From assembly GCA_951828535.1 (NCBI GenBank), contig OX639990.1:109300-173299 (forward strand): DNA of 64,000 bases, written 5' to 3'. This stretch comes from an uncultured Candidatus Entotheonella sp. (lineage in GTDB: Bacteria; Tectomicrobia; Entotheonellia; Entotheonellales; Entotheonellaceae). A program made the translations under genes and the position numbers. A model generated the notes under the pieces. That model worked only from the letters and a program-made list of their open reading frames with translations, had not been told where the DNA came from and ran no database searches. Numbering within the stretch: the first letter of the stretch is position 1; each line of letters starts with the position of its first letter. Below are positions 43,983-53,073 of the stretch, piece after piece.

Positions 43983-46900
43983 TTACTCGACGGTATTGCT
44001 GACCTCCGTGGTGACAGGTTGAGAGTCTGCCGGGGCTGCGTGGCGCAGCGCCAGACGCTTCCACATGTCGTAGACCACCGGGATGATGACCAGGGTTAGA
44101 ATTGCTGAGGACACGAGGCCGCCGACCATGGGCGCGGCGATACGCTTCATCACCTCGGAGCCGGATTCCGTGCCCCACATCACCGGCAGCAGTCCGATAA
44201 GAGTGGTCGAGACGGTCATGAGCTTCGGACGCACGCGTTCCACGGCGCCCTCGATGATGGCGTTGCGCAGATCGGCGGCGGAACGCATACGGCCCTCGGC
44301 GTGGCGGCGCCGGTACGATTCGTCGAGGTAAACCAGCATCACGACGCCGGTTTCCGCCGCCAGCCCGGCCAGGGCGATGAATCCTACCACCACCGCCACC
44401 GACAGGTGGTAATCCAGCACGTAGAGAAGCCAGACGCCGCCGACCAGGGCAAAGGGGAGGCTGGCCATGACGATCATCGCCTCCGCCACGCTGTGAAAGT
44501 GGAGGTAGAGAAGGATGAAGATGAGCACCAGGGTGACCGGCACGATGACGCGCAAGGTGCGGCGGGCTTTCTCCATGTACTCGAACTGGCCCGACCAGAC
44601 CATGGAGTAGCCCTGCGGTAGTTCGACGCCGCGGTCCACGATGGCCATCGCCCGGCGCACGTAGGAGCCGACGTCGACGCCCTTCAGATCGACGTAGATC
44701 CAGGCGGTCTGGCGCGAGTTTTCGCTTTTGATGCTGGCGGCCCCTTTGCGGATGGCGAAGTCGGCGAGCTGGACCAGCGGCACCTGGGCGCCCGCAGGCG
44801 TCGGTACCAGCACTCGCTTGAGCCGGTCGATGTCGTCGCGCAGCTCCCGGCTGTAGCGCAGGTTAACCGGGTAGCGTTCCAGCCCCTCGACGGTGAAGGT
44901 GACGTTCATGCCGCCGATCGCGGTCATGATCACGTCCTGCACGTCGCCCACCGTCAGGCCGTAACGGGCGATCTGGGTGCGGTCGATGGTGAAATCCAGG
45001 TAATTGCCGCCGGTGACGCGTTCGGCATACACGGACAGGGTGCCGGGAATGTCCCGCACCACCGCTTCGATCTGCGCGCCCAGGTCGGAGAGCACGTCCA
45101 GGTCGGGGCCCATCAGCTTGAGGCCGACCGGGGTTTTGATGCCAGTGGAAAGCATGTCGATGCGGGTTTTGATGGGCATGGTCCAGGCATTCGTCAAACC
45201 CGGAAACTGGATGGCAAGGTCGAGGTCGTGCGCCAACTCTTGCATTGTCAGGTATCGTTCCTCGGGCCATATCCAGGCGAGCGGGACTTTCAGCCAGCCG
45301 GGCCAGCTCGAGAAAAAGCGCTCCAGGCGTTTCTTGCGCCATTCATGCGCGACCTCGCCCCGTTGAACCTCCGGCCACAGGAAGGTGAGGGGCTTCTTGA
45401 GCCAGCCCGGCCAGTCCGCAAAGACGCGCCGGACCGGTATGAGCTCGTATTCGACCTTGGGCCGCAGGGTAATCGTCGTTTCGATCATCGACAAAGGCGC
45501 CGGATCGGTCGCCGTTTCGGCGCGGCCGATTTTCCCATGCGTGGTCAGGACTTCCGGAAAGCGCTGGATGATCTTGTCGGTCTGCTGCAACAACTCTTTG
45601 GCCTTGGTAATCGAAATGCCCGGCAGGGTTGTCGGCATGTAGAGAAAGTCGCCCTCGTTGAGCGGCGGCATGAACTCGCTGCCCAGTCGGCTGAGCGGGT
45701 AGAGGGTGACGAGGAGCACGGCGACGGCCAGCAGCAGCGTGCTCTTACGCCGGCCCATCACCAGGCGGATAAACGGGTGGTACACGCGGATGAAAAAACG
45801 GCTGAGCGGATTGCGTGCCTCCGGGAGGATGCGCTGCCGTGCCAGACAGATAAAGGCAACGCCGGACGCCAGCAACCCGGCGACCAGGCTCCATTCCGGC
45901 AATTCCATCCCTGCGACCCCGGCGACGATGACCAGCAGCGGCGGGCCGGCCAGGGCGGCCAGCCACACCCAGCGGCGTTGGCGCCGCGGCACCTGCGGGT
46001 CGAGGACGTGCTCGCGGACGAAAAACGTCATCAGGACCGGTACAATGGTAATGGCCAGGAGTGCCGAGGCGGCCATGGCGAAGGTCTTGGTATACGCCAG
46101 CGGCTTGAATAGGCGCCCGGATTGTTCCTGCAGGCTGAACACCGGCAGGAACGACACCGTGATGATGAGCAGGCTGTAGAACAGGGCTGGGCCGACTTCC
46201 TTGGCGGCATCGAGCATGATAGCCGCATGGCTTTTCCGGCCGCGGTCGCGCTCCAGGTGCTTGTGGGCGTTCTCCACGAGCACCACGGACGCATCCACCA
46301 TGACGCCGATGGCAATGGCGATACCGCCCAGGCTCATCACGTTGGCGTTGATCCCCAGGGGATACATCATCAGAAACGACATGAGGATGCCCACCGGCAG
46401 GGTGACGATCGCCACCAGGGCCGAGCGGACGTGCAGCAGAAAGATCACGCAGATCGCCGCGACGACGAGCATTTCTTCGATCAGCTTGGTCTGCAGGGTG
46501 TGGATGGCCCGCTTGATGAGGTTGGAGCGGTCGTAGCCCGCGACGATCTCCACGCCTTCCGGCAAGCCCTTCTGCAGCGAGCGCAGCTTTGCCTTGACGT
46601 TGCGGATGACCTCAAGGGCATTTTCGCCGTAGCGCATCACCACAATGCCGCCGACAGCCTCGCCGGTGCCGTTCCATTCCAGGATGCCCCGCCGCAGCTC
46701 GGGTCCTTGCTGAATGGCGGCGATGTTTTTCAGCAGCACTGGCGTGCCCATGCTGTCCACAGCCACGACGACCTGCTCCAGATCCTCCCGTGACCGAATG
46801 TAGCCCAGGCTGCGCACCATGAACTCGGTCTCGCCCATCTCGACCAGCTTGCCGCCCACGTCGTCGTTGGAGCGCTGGATGGCGCGCCTGACCTGCTGGA

Positions 46901-47507
46901 TGGACAAGCCGTAGGCCAACAGCCGGTTGGGATCGACCTCGACTTGATACTGCTTGACGAAGCCGCCGATGCTGGCGACCTCGGAGACGCCCGCAACCGA
47001 CGTGAGCTCGTAGCGCAGGTACCAATCCTGCATGCTGCGCAGTTCCTGCAGGTCGTAGGTGCCGGTGGTGTCCTGCAGCACGTATTCATACACCCAGCCG
47101 ACGCCGGTAGCGTCCGGGCCGAGGCTGGGGGTGACGCCGGCGGGCAGGCGACCGGCAACAAAGTTGAGATACTCCAGGACGCGCGAACGTGCCCAGTAGA
47201 TGTCGGTACCGTCCTCGAAAAGGATGTAGACAAAGGAAAAGCCGAAGAAGGAATACCCCCGCACCACCTTGGCGTATGGCACGCTCAGCATGGCGGTGGT
47301 CAGCGGATAGGTTACCTGATCCTCAACCACGCGCGGCGCCTGACCGGGGTACTTGGTGTAGATGATGACCTGCACGTCCGACAGGTCGGGGATGGCGTCC
47401 AGCGGCGTTCCCTGCATGGCCAGCATGCCGCCGAGGATCACGAAGACCGTGACGAGCACGACCATGAAGCGGTTACGCATGGACCAGGAAATAATGGCTT
47501 CGATCAT
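43983..47507 (-). CDS. cusA: CusA/CzcA-family heavy-metal RND efflux pump (enlarged, 1174 aa)
   Basis: The N-terminus MIEAIISWSMRNRFMVVLVTVFV..GTPLDAIPDLSDVQVIIYT..G.AP..VE.QVTYPL is HME-RND-like, with 12 TMS architecture. The Cu/Ag call rests on the Met/His-rich neighbours. The start overlaps the cusB stop (ATGA). Confidence 0.85.
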   Translation of the reverse strand: MIEAIISWSMRNRFMVVLVTVFVILGGMLAMQGTPLDAIPDLSDVQVIIYTKYPGQAPRVVEDQVTYPLTTAMLSVPYAKVVRGYSFFGFSFVYILFEDGTDIYWARSRVLEYLNFVAGRLPAGVTPSLGPDATGVGWVYEYVLQDTTGTYDLQELRSMQDWYLRYELTSVAGVSEVASIGGFVKQYQVEVDPNRLLAYGLSIQQVRRAIQRSNDDVGGKLVEMGETEFMVRSLGYIRSREDLEQVVVAVDSMGTPVLLKNIAAIQQGPELRRGILEWNGTGEAVGGIVVMRYGENALEVIRNVKAKLRSLQKGLPEGVEIVAGYDRSNLIKRAIHTLQTKLIEEMLVVAAICVIFLLHVRSALVAIVTLPVGILMSFLMMYPLGINANVMSLGGIAIAIGVMVDASVVLVENAHKHLERDRGRKSHAAIMLDAAKEVGPALFYSLLIITVSFLPVFSLQEQSGRLFKPLAYTKTFAMAASALLAITIVPVLMTFFVREHVLDPQVPRRQRRWVWLAALAGPPLLVIVAGVAGMELPEWSLVAGLLASGVAFICLARQRILPEARNPLSRFFIRVYHPFIRLVMGRRKSTLLLAVAVLLVTLYPLSRLGSEFMPPLNEGDFLYMPTTLPGISITKAKELLQQTDKIIQRFPEVLTTHGKIGRAETATDPAPLSMIETTITLRPKVEYELIPVRRVFADWPGWLKKPLTFLWPEVQRGEVAHEWRKKRLERFFSSWPGWLKVPLAWIWPEERYLTMQELAHDLDLAIQFPGLTNAWTMPIKTRIDMLSTGIKTPVGLKLMGPDLDVLSDLGAQIEAVVRDIPGTLSVYAERVTGGNYLDFTIDRTQIARYGLTVGDVQDVIMTAIGGMNVTFTVEGLERYPVNLRYSRELRDDIDRLKRVLVPTPAGAQVPLVQLADFAIRKGAASIKSENSRQTAWIYVDLKGVDVGSYVRRAMAIVDRGVELPQGYSMVWSGQFEYMEKARRTLRVIVPVTLVLIFILLYLHFHSVAEAMIVMASLPFALVGGVWLLYVLDYHLSVAVVVGFIALAGLAAETGVVMLVYLDESYRRRHAEGRMRSAADLRNAIIEGAVERVRPKLMTVSTTLIGLLPVMWGTESGSEVMKRIAAPMVGGLVSSAILTLVIIPVVYDMWKRLALRHAAPADSQPVTTEVSNTVE

Positions 47508-49057
47508 GGGGAGGGAGTCTTCTCGGGTTCGGCTTCTTCCATGTCGGCGAAAAAGTCTTCTTCCGTGTCGTCGTCCATATCGCTGAAGAAGTCATCCTCG
47601 TCTGCGTTCTGACCGGGTCCCGCTGAAGCCATGCTTATTTCCATCATTTTCTGCACGGCCTCCTGCAGCTTGGACTCTGAGTCGAGGAGGAACTGTCCCG
47701 ACGTCACCACCACGTCGCCCGGCGCCAGACCGGCCAGGGCTTGAACCTTGCCGCCGTCCGTGGACAGGCCGAGGGTCACCTCGCGCGGCGTGAACTTGCC
47801 GCCGCCCTTGACCACGAACACCACGTTGCGCTCGCCGGAGCGCAGCACGGCCTCGGAGGGGAGCAACAGACCCTGCTCGTCGGCGTGTGTCTTAATGTGG
47901 ATGTCGGCGTACATTTCCGGCTTGAGGCGCAGGTCGGCATTGTCGAATTCCAGCCTCAGCCTCACGTCCCGCGTTTGCGGGCGCAGGTATGGGTACACGT
48001 ACGTCACCGTGCCGGAGCGAACGTCACCCGGCCAATAGGGAATCGTCATTTCCGCTGCCTGGCCTTCCCTGACCCAGGGGAGTTCATATTCAAAGATGTG
48101 GGCTTCCACCCACACGCGGGACAAATCGGCAATCCGGTAGGTTGTCGTCCCGGCCTTCACGTAGCCGCCCTCTTCAGCCGCTTTTTCGATGACGACGCCG
48201 CTGGCAGGTGAGCGAATCACCAGGGTCTTGCGGACCTGGCCGGTGGTTTCAAGCGCCTCGATTTCGCTGTCGGCGATATCGAAATACTGCAGGCGCCGCC
48301 GCGCCGAGGCCAGCAGGCCGGTCTGCCTATCCTTTGCCAGTCGCTTGGCGCTCTGAAAGGCTCCCAGGTACGCTTCCTGCGCTGTGACCAACTCCGGCGC
48401 ATAGATTTCAAACAGGGGTTCGCCCTCGCTGACGGACTTGCCGGCGAAGTCCGCGTGGAGGGTTTCGATCCAGCCGCTGGCCTTGGGACTGACCCGCACC
48501 GTGCGGGTCTCGTCGTAAGTCACGTGTCCGTATGTGCGGATTGTGCGGGCAAGCGGCTGCTGGGTAACCGTCGCAGTGCGGATGCCCATGTTCTGCTGGG
48601 TCACCGGATCGATGAAGATGTCCACGCCGCCGACCAGATCGTCCTCGTAGACCGGCACCAGGTCCATGCCCATGGCGCTTTTTCCCGGTTGGTCATAAAT
48701 CTCTGCCGGATTCATGGGCGCCCGCCAGTAGGCGATCATGCGTTCGCCGGAGGATTCGGCGGCGTTCGGTCCGTCCCGCTTGGCAACGAGGTCCATGCCG
48801 CAGATTGGGCACTGGCCGGGCTCATCCGAGACGATCCAGGGGTGCATCGGGGACACGTAGACAGTCTCTTCCGCCTGTGCTTCCCCAGCCACGGGAGGCG
48901 CCGACAAGTGCCTCTGCACGTTAAGGAGGGCGTCCCCGAAATAACGATACGCGGCACCGCTCACCGCCAGGGTTACAAGCGCGGTTATGGCAATGGTGCG
49001 CAGTGGCGATGAGGATTTCGGTTTCTGTTCGGGAGTCTCCATTTCAATAACCTCCAA
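47504..49057 (-). CDS. cusB: RND periplasmic adaptor (CusB-like) with N-terminal heavy-metal-binding domain and acidic C-terminal tail
   Basis: It has ..YVSPMHPWIVSDEPGQCPICGMDLV.. (HMBD), the MFP core ..VSEGEPLFEIYAPELVTAQ.., and a C-terminal tail ..NADEDDFFSDMDDDTEEDFFADMEEAEPE... Confidence 0.85.
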   Translation of the reverse strand: MEVIEMETPEQKPKSSSPLRTIAITALVTLAVSGAAYRYFGDALLNVQRHLSAPPVAGEAQAEETVYVSPMHPWIVSDEPGQCPICGMDLVAKRDGPNAAESSGERMIAYWRAPMNPAEIYDQPGKSAMGMDLVPVYEDDLVGGVDIFIDPVTQQNMGIRTATVTQQPLARTIRTYGHVTYDETRTVRVSPKASGWIETLHADFAGKSVSEGEPLFEIYAPELVTAQEAYLGAFQSAKRLAKDRQTGLLASARRRLQYFDIADSEIEALETTGQVRKTLVIRSPASGVVIEKAAEEGGYVKAGTTTYRIADLSRVWVEAHIFEYELPWVREGQAAEMTIPYWPGDVRSGTVTYVYPYLRPQTRDVRLRLEFDNADLRLKPEMYADIHIKTHADEQGLLLPSEAVLRSGERNVVFVVKGGGKFTPREVTLGLSTDGGKVQALAGLAPGDVVVTSGQFLLDSESKLQEAVQKMMEISMASAGPGQNADEDDFFSDMDDDTEEDFFADMEEAEPEKTPSP

Positions 49058-49087
49058 AAAAACCTACAGCAGAGGGCATCCGGCGGA

Positions 49088-50641
49088 TTATTCTTCGCGG
49101 CGCTGAGTGAAGGATTGTCCCACCGCCTGCTCGAGTTCCGCCAGACTCGTCCCATAGGCGCTGCGCTTGTCGGCCAGCGCGAGATTGGCGTCGAGCCACA
49201 GGGTATAGGATGCAATCACGTCGGCAAACGGCACCCTGTCCGATTCGTACCCGCTGGTCGAGACCTCCAGGGCGGCTTCCGATAGCTGCACCAAGGTGTT
49301 CTGGTACAATCGTTTTTCACGTTTTGCTCGGTCGAGAACAAACCACTTGTTGCGGACCAGCGCGACGGTGGCGTCTTCCAGTCGGTTCAATTCTTCCTGC
49401 ATGGCCTGGCGCTTCTGCCGCATCTCGCGAAGATAAGCATCAGCGAAACCGGACCAGGGTTTGTGAGGTCGTCCGGTCCCGGCAGAGGCGTCTGCCCTGG
49501 TAGCGAATGTCGGTTGCCCGGCTTGTGTTCCCACTTGCCTGATGGCTTGGTCTTTGTAGATGGAAAGACCCAGATGGAAGGCCGGCAGGAGCATCGTTTC
49601 GGCCATCTCGATCGTGGCGTCCATCTTGCCGATGCGGGCGCGCAGCACGCTAAGCTCCTGGCGGCCCGCGACGGCCATGTCGTAGAGCGACGGCAAGTCC
49701 GGGATGTCGGCCTCGGCCAGGTTCACTTGCGGCAGGCCAATCGGGGTGTCCGGCGGCAGATGGAGGATTTTCCGGATCTCCACGTGCGCATTTCGCAACT
49801 GCTCCCGCAGCGTGACCAGTCGCTCGTCCAGCAACTCCCCCTGCACCTGTACCTTGATCACGTCCTGGAAACTGGTCCTGCCAGCCTCGTAGCGGGTGAT
49901 CGACACCTGCTCCAATTCTCTCAACAGCCCGATGGTGCGCTCGGTGATCGACAGCACCTGGTGCAGGAACCACTGCCGCCAGTGGGTTTTGCGTGCCGCG
50001 GTCACGGCATCGCGGCGTGCGGCTTCCAGTTGTTCACGAGCCGCCTTCACGTCCTGGGTTACTACCTGCCCTTTCAGCGCCAGCACCCCCGGAAAGGGAA
50101 ACTGACCCCGCCCCCCGCCCTGCCCCCGCATGGTGCCAACGCCGGTCATGCCGCCTTCCGTGAAGGCGGTATAGCGCCGCAGGATGTCGTCGACGGCGCT
50201 GACCTGGCTGTATTTTTCCAGTGCCGCCCGCACCCGATGCTCCGCCGCCTTGATCGCCGGTGAGCGCAGCAGAGCCAGCACCTCCGGCACGTCCTGGGGA
50301 AATGGCTGGCTCACGGCGGCTTGCGCCGCTGCGGCATCCGTCTGTGCGCTCTCCAAATCCTCCAATGCCTGCGGGTCTGGGGGGTAGAACGCCGTGGACG
50401 CCGACAGGTCCCGAAGCGCTTCCTGCCAGCGCGCCTGGAGGTCCAGGAGGCGTTGTTTTTCGGCCTCGAAGGCGTGGTTTTTATCGGCAGGCGTTTCAGA
50501 CGGTGTGTCGACGGGGCGGTGAAACAGGTACGAAGGGGGCTGGTACTGCTCAAAGGCGGTCCGCAAGTCACGGTAATCGCCCCGAGCGTGTGCTGTCCCG
50601 AGTCCCATCAGGACGACAAGCCACACCAGTCCGCGTTTCAT
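49088..50641 (-). CDS. TolC-family outer membrane factor (second of tandem pair)
   Basis: 517 aa with a signal peptide MKRGLVWLVVLMGLGTAHA and OEP-type repeats. The start overlaps the upstream OMF stop (ATGA). Confidence 0.75.
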   Translation of the reverse strand: MKRGLVWLVVLMGLGTAHARGDYRDLRTAFEQYQPPSYLFHRPVDTPSETPADKNHAFEAEKQRLLDLQARWQEALRDLSASTAFYPPDPQALEDLESAQTDAAAAQAAVSQPFPQDVPEVLALLRSPAIKAAEHRVRAALEKYSQVSAVDDILRRYTAFTEGGMTGVGTMRGQGGGRGQFPFPGVLALKGQVVTQDVKAAREQLEAARRDAVTAARKTHWRQWFLHQVLSITERTIGLLRELEQVSITRYEAGRTSFQDVIKVQVQGELLDERLVTLREQLRNAHVEIRKILHLPPDTPIGLPQVNLAEADIPDLPSLYDMAVAGRQELSVLRARIGKMDATIEMAETMLLPAFHLGLSIYKDQAIRQVGTQAGQPTFATRADASAGTGRPHKPWSGFADAYLREMRQKRQAMQEELNRLEDATVALVRNKWFVLDRAKREKRLYQNTLVQLSEAALEVSTSGYESDRVPFADVIASYTLWLDANLALADKRSAYGTSLAELEQAVGQSFTQRREE

Positions 50642-52008
50642 GGGTCTGACCTCCCTTCAGGGGTTGCGACTGTTGGCGGAGCCTGCAGCGTCAAGGGGTA
50701 CCCCACCAACGCCTCCAGGCGGGCAAAGTGTTTTCCATAGTCAGCCTGTGCCCTGGCCAGCGTTAACTGAAAGCTGTGCCAGGTCGACTGGGCCTCGATG
50801 AGATCGCTGAACTCGGCGTACCCCTCGCGGAACCAGGCCTCGGTGGTTTCGAGGGCGCTTGCCGCCTGCGGCAGCAGGTCGGTCCGGTAGAGCTCGACCA
50901 AGCGTTGGGCGTTCTGCAGGCGAAAATAGGCCACGTGGATGTCGGTGCGCGAGTCGTTGACGCGGCCCTCTCGCAGCGCCTCGGCTCTGGCCCGTTCGGC
51001 GTGCGCCCGACTGACGCGGCCCCGGTTTTTGCCGACCCACAGGGGCAAGGTGAGACCAAGCCGCACGCCCAAGGCGTCCTTGCCAGCCTGCGGCGGCCGC
51101 TGCGGGGTATCCGGTTCGCCGATCGAGGCGTAAAACAGGCCCACGTTGAAGTCTGGGAAGTAGTGGTAGCGGGCCAGATCGACCTGCGATTCGGCCCGGC
51201 TCACGCCTTGCTCGGCGATACGGATGTCTTCCTGATACGCCGCGGCCAGTTGGTAGAGGTCTTCGAGGCTGTACGTCAACGGCTGGAGGGGCGGCGGGGC
51301 AATCGCGCCAAGCGCCGCTTGCGGAGGACGGTTGAGCAGGCCGTTCAGGCGGGTGATTTCGGTCAGCTCCAGCTCGCCCAGAAGGAGCGTGTCATAGCGG
51401 AGTTGCCCGCTTTGCGACAGGGCTTTCATTACGTCCATTAGTGCCGCCCGGTTGTCGGTATAGGCCGTCTCGGCGGCGCTGCGCAGTTGGTCGAGCAACG
51501 CCGTATTCTGGGCCGCAATCTGCCTGGCGGCGCGAATGTAAATCAACTCATGTGCCGACGCCTGGATGCTGGCGGCAATCGTCCGCACGGTTTTATCCAG
51601 GCGTAAACGGGCGATATGAGATTCTGTCTTGACAACCTCACCGGCCTTCGACAGCTTGCCCGGGAAGGGGACTTTCTGGGAGAGGGTGACATTCCAATCC
51701 TGGGGACCAAGACGGGTTTGCAAGGGCTCCGGGAAATAGGTGGCCGTTAGTTGCGGATCCGGCAGGCCGGTAACAATGCGGTAGCTTTCCACCTTGGCGC
51801 GCCATGCTTCACGAGCCGCGGCAATGTCGGAATTCTCGTTGTAGGCATAGGCGATCATGTCCGGCATCGTGGCCGTGTGGGTAAGCCGGCGTTCCAGTTC
51901 TTCGATTGATGGCAGGTCCTGCGCGTGGCCGGTGCTCCACAGCACTAGCAGGACGGCCAATGCCGTGAGGTAGGGTAGCCATGAGAGCATCGTCCCGGTG
52001 ACTCGCAT
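50638..52008 (-). CDS. TolC-family outer membrane factor (first of tandem pair)
   Basis: It has a signal peptide ..MLSWLPYLTALAVLLVLWSTGHAQ, ..AYNENSDIAAAREAWRAK.., ..PDPQLTATYFPEPLQTRLGPQDWNVTLSQKVPFPGKL.., and OEP repeats. Start is uncertain (52008 or 51990). Confidence 0.8.
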   Translation of the reverse strand: MRVTGTMLSWLPYLTALAVLLVLWSTGHAQDLPSIEELERRLTHTATMPDMIAYAYNENSDIAAAREAWRAKVESYRIVTGLPDPQLTATYFPEPLQTRLGPQDWNVTLSQKVPFPGKLSKAGEVVKTESHIARLRLDKTVRTIAASIQASAHELIYIRAARQIAAQNTALLDQLRSAAETAYTDNRAALMDVMKALSQSGQLRYDTLLLGELELTEITRLNGLLNRPPQAALGAIAPPPLQPLTYSLEDLYQLAAAYQEDIRIAEQGVSRAESQVDLARYHYFPDFNVGLFYASIGEPDTPQRPPQAGKDALGVRLGLTLPLWVGKNRGRVSRAHAERARAEALREGRVNDSRTDIHVAYFRLQNAQRLVELYRTDLLPQAASALETTEAWFREGYAEFSDLIEAQSTWHSFQLTLARAQADYGKHFARLEALVGYPLTLQAPPTVATPEGRSDP

Positions 52009-52099
52009 CGTATGCGGCGGGCTGGGAGTGAATTCTGGCACCTGAGTTTCCTTGTCCCTGACATCGGCGATATAAATTGCTGACAATGAAAACATCTCA

Positions 52100-52128
52100 T
52101 TCCTACCTGGATATTTCTGGGGTGTCAA
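52100..52128 (-). promoter_or_regulatory. Candidate sigma70-type promoter of the efflux operon
   Basis: The minus strand has TTGACA (52128-52123), a 17-nt spacer, then TAGGAA (52105-52100). Confidence 0.3.
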
Positions 52129-52227
52129 TCCGCTGGGTTATGGGCAACGGCGAGTTGTTCGAGATCGGGGTCAACGGTAAAATGCGGGCGGCAAGAGGAT
52201 TGCGGCAAAACACGCGGCGGGAAGTGT

Positions 52228-53073
52228 GTGAAAAGAGGGAATATGAAACGGCCGGACGAGGGTGAGTTGGATAAGGCTGACGGCAAGACGGACGCCACAG
52301 GGAAACTGTTGCTGGAACTCATGGGCGTGGTGGACAGGTTGAGGTCCGAGCAGGGCTGCCCGTGGGACCGGCAGCAAACCGCGCAGAGCTTGCTGCCGTA
52401 TCTGCTGGAAGAGACGTATGAGGTGATGGAAAGTGTCACCGCGGATGATGGGCAAGCGCTTCGCGAAGAGCTCGGGGATTTGCTTCTGCACATCGTTTTT
52501 CAGGGATCTCTGGCCAGCGAGCAGGGACGGTTTACGCTCGGCGACAGCCTCCAGACCGTGATTGACAAGCTCGTCCGACGGCATCCGCACGTATTCGGGG
52601 ACCAGCCGGCGGCGGATACGACGGTGATCCGGCAGCGCTGGGAGGCGGCGAAGCAGCTGGAAAAGGGCAGAGAGTCGATCCTGGATGGCGTGCCGCGCAC
52701 CCTGCCGGCCCTCAATCGGGCGCGGCGCCTGCAGGAAAAAGCGTCGTCCGTCGGGTTCGACTGGCAGCAGGTGGACGACGTATGGGCCAAGGTGGCCGAA
52801 GAAATTGACGAGTTGCGAGAAGCTTGCTCGACAGGGGATGGCGCGGCCATGCAAGAAGAGTTCGGCGACGTACTGTTCAGCCTGGTGAACCTCGGGCGCT
52901 TTCTGCGCTTGAGCGGGGAAGACGCTCTGCGCCAGGCGATCGGTAAGTTTGAACAGCGCTTCCGGGGTATCGAGCAGGAACTCGCGCGGCGCGGCCGACG
53001 CATCGAGGACGCGACGCTGGAAGAAATGGACGGCATCTGGAATCGTTTACGTCAGGAGGGAAAACATGTTTGA
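52228..53073 (+). CDS. mazG: Nucleoside triphosphate pyrophosphohydrolase MazG (tandem MazG domains)
   Basis: It has ..LRSEQGCPWDRQQT..LLPYLLEETYEV.. and a second domain ..GFDWQQVDDVWAKVAEEIDEL..EEFGDVLFSLVNLGR... Confidence 0.9.
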   Translation: MKRGNMKRPDEGELDKADGKTDATGKLLLELMGVVDRLRSEQGCPWDRQQTAQSLLPYLLEETYEVMESVTADDGQALREELGDLLLHIVFQGSLASEQGRFTLGDSLQTVIDKLVRRHPHVFGDQPAADTTVIRQRWEAAKQLEKGRESILDGVPRTLPALNRARRLQEKASSVGFDWQQVDDVWAKVAEEIDELREACSTGDGAAMQEEFGDVLFSLVNLGRFLRLSGEDALRQAIGKFEQRFRGIEQELARRGRRIEDATLEEMDGIWNRLRQEGKHV

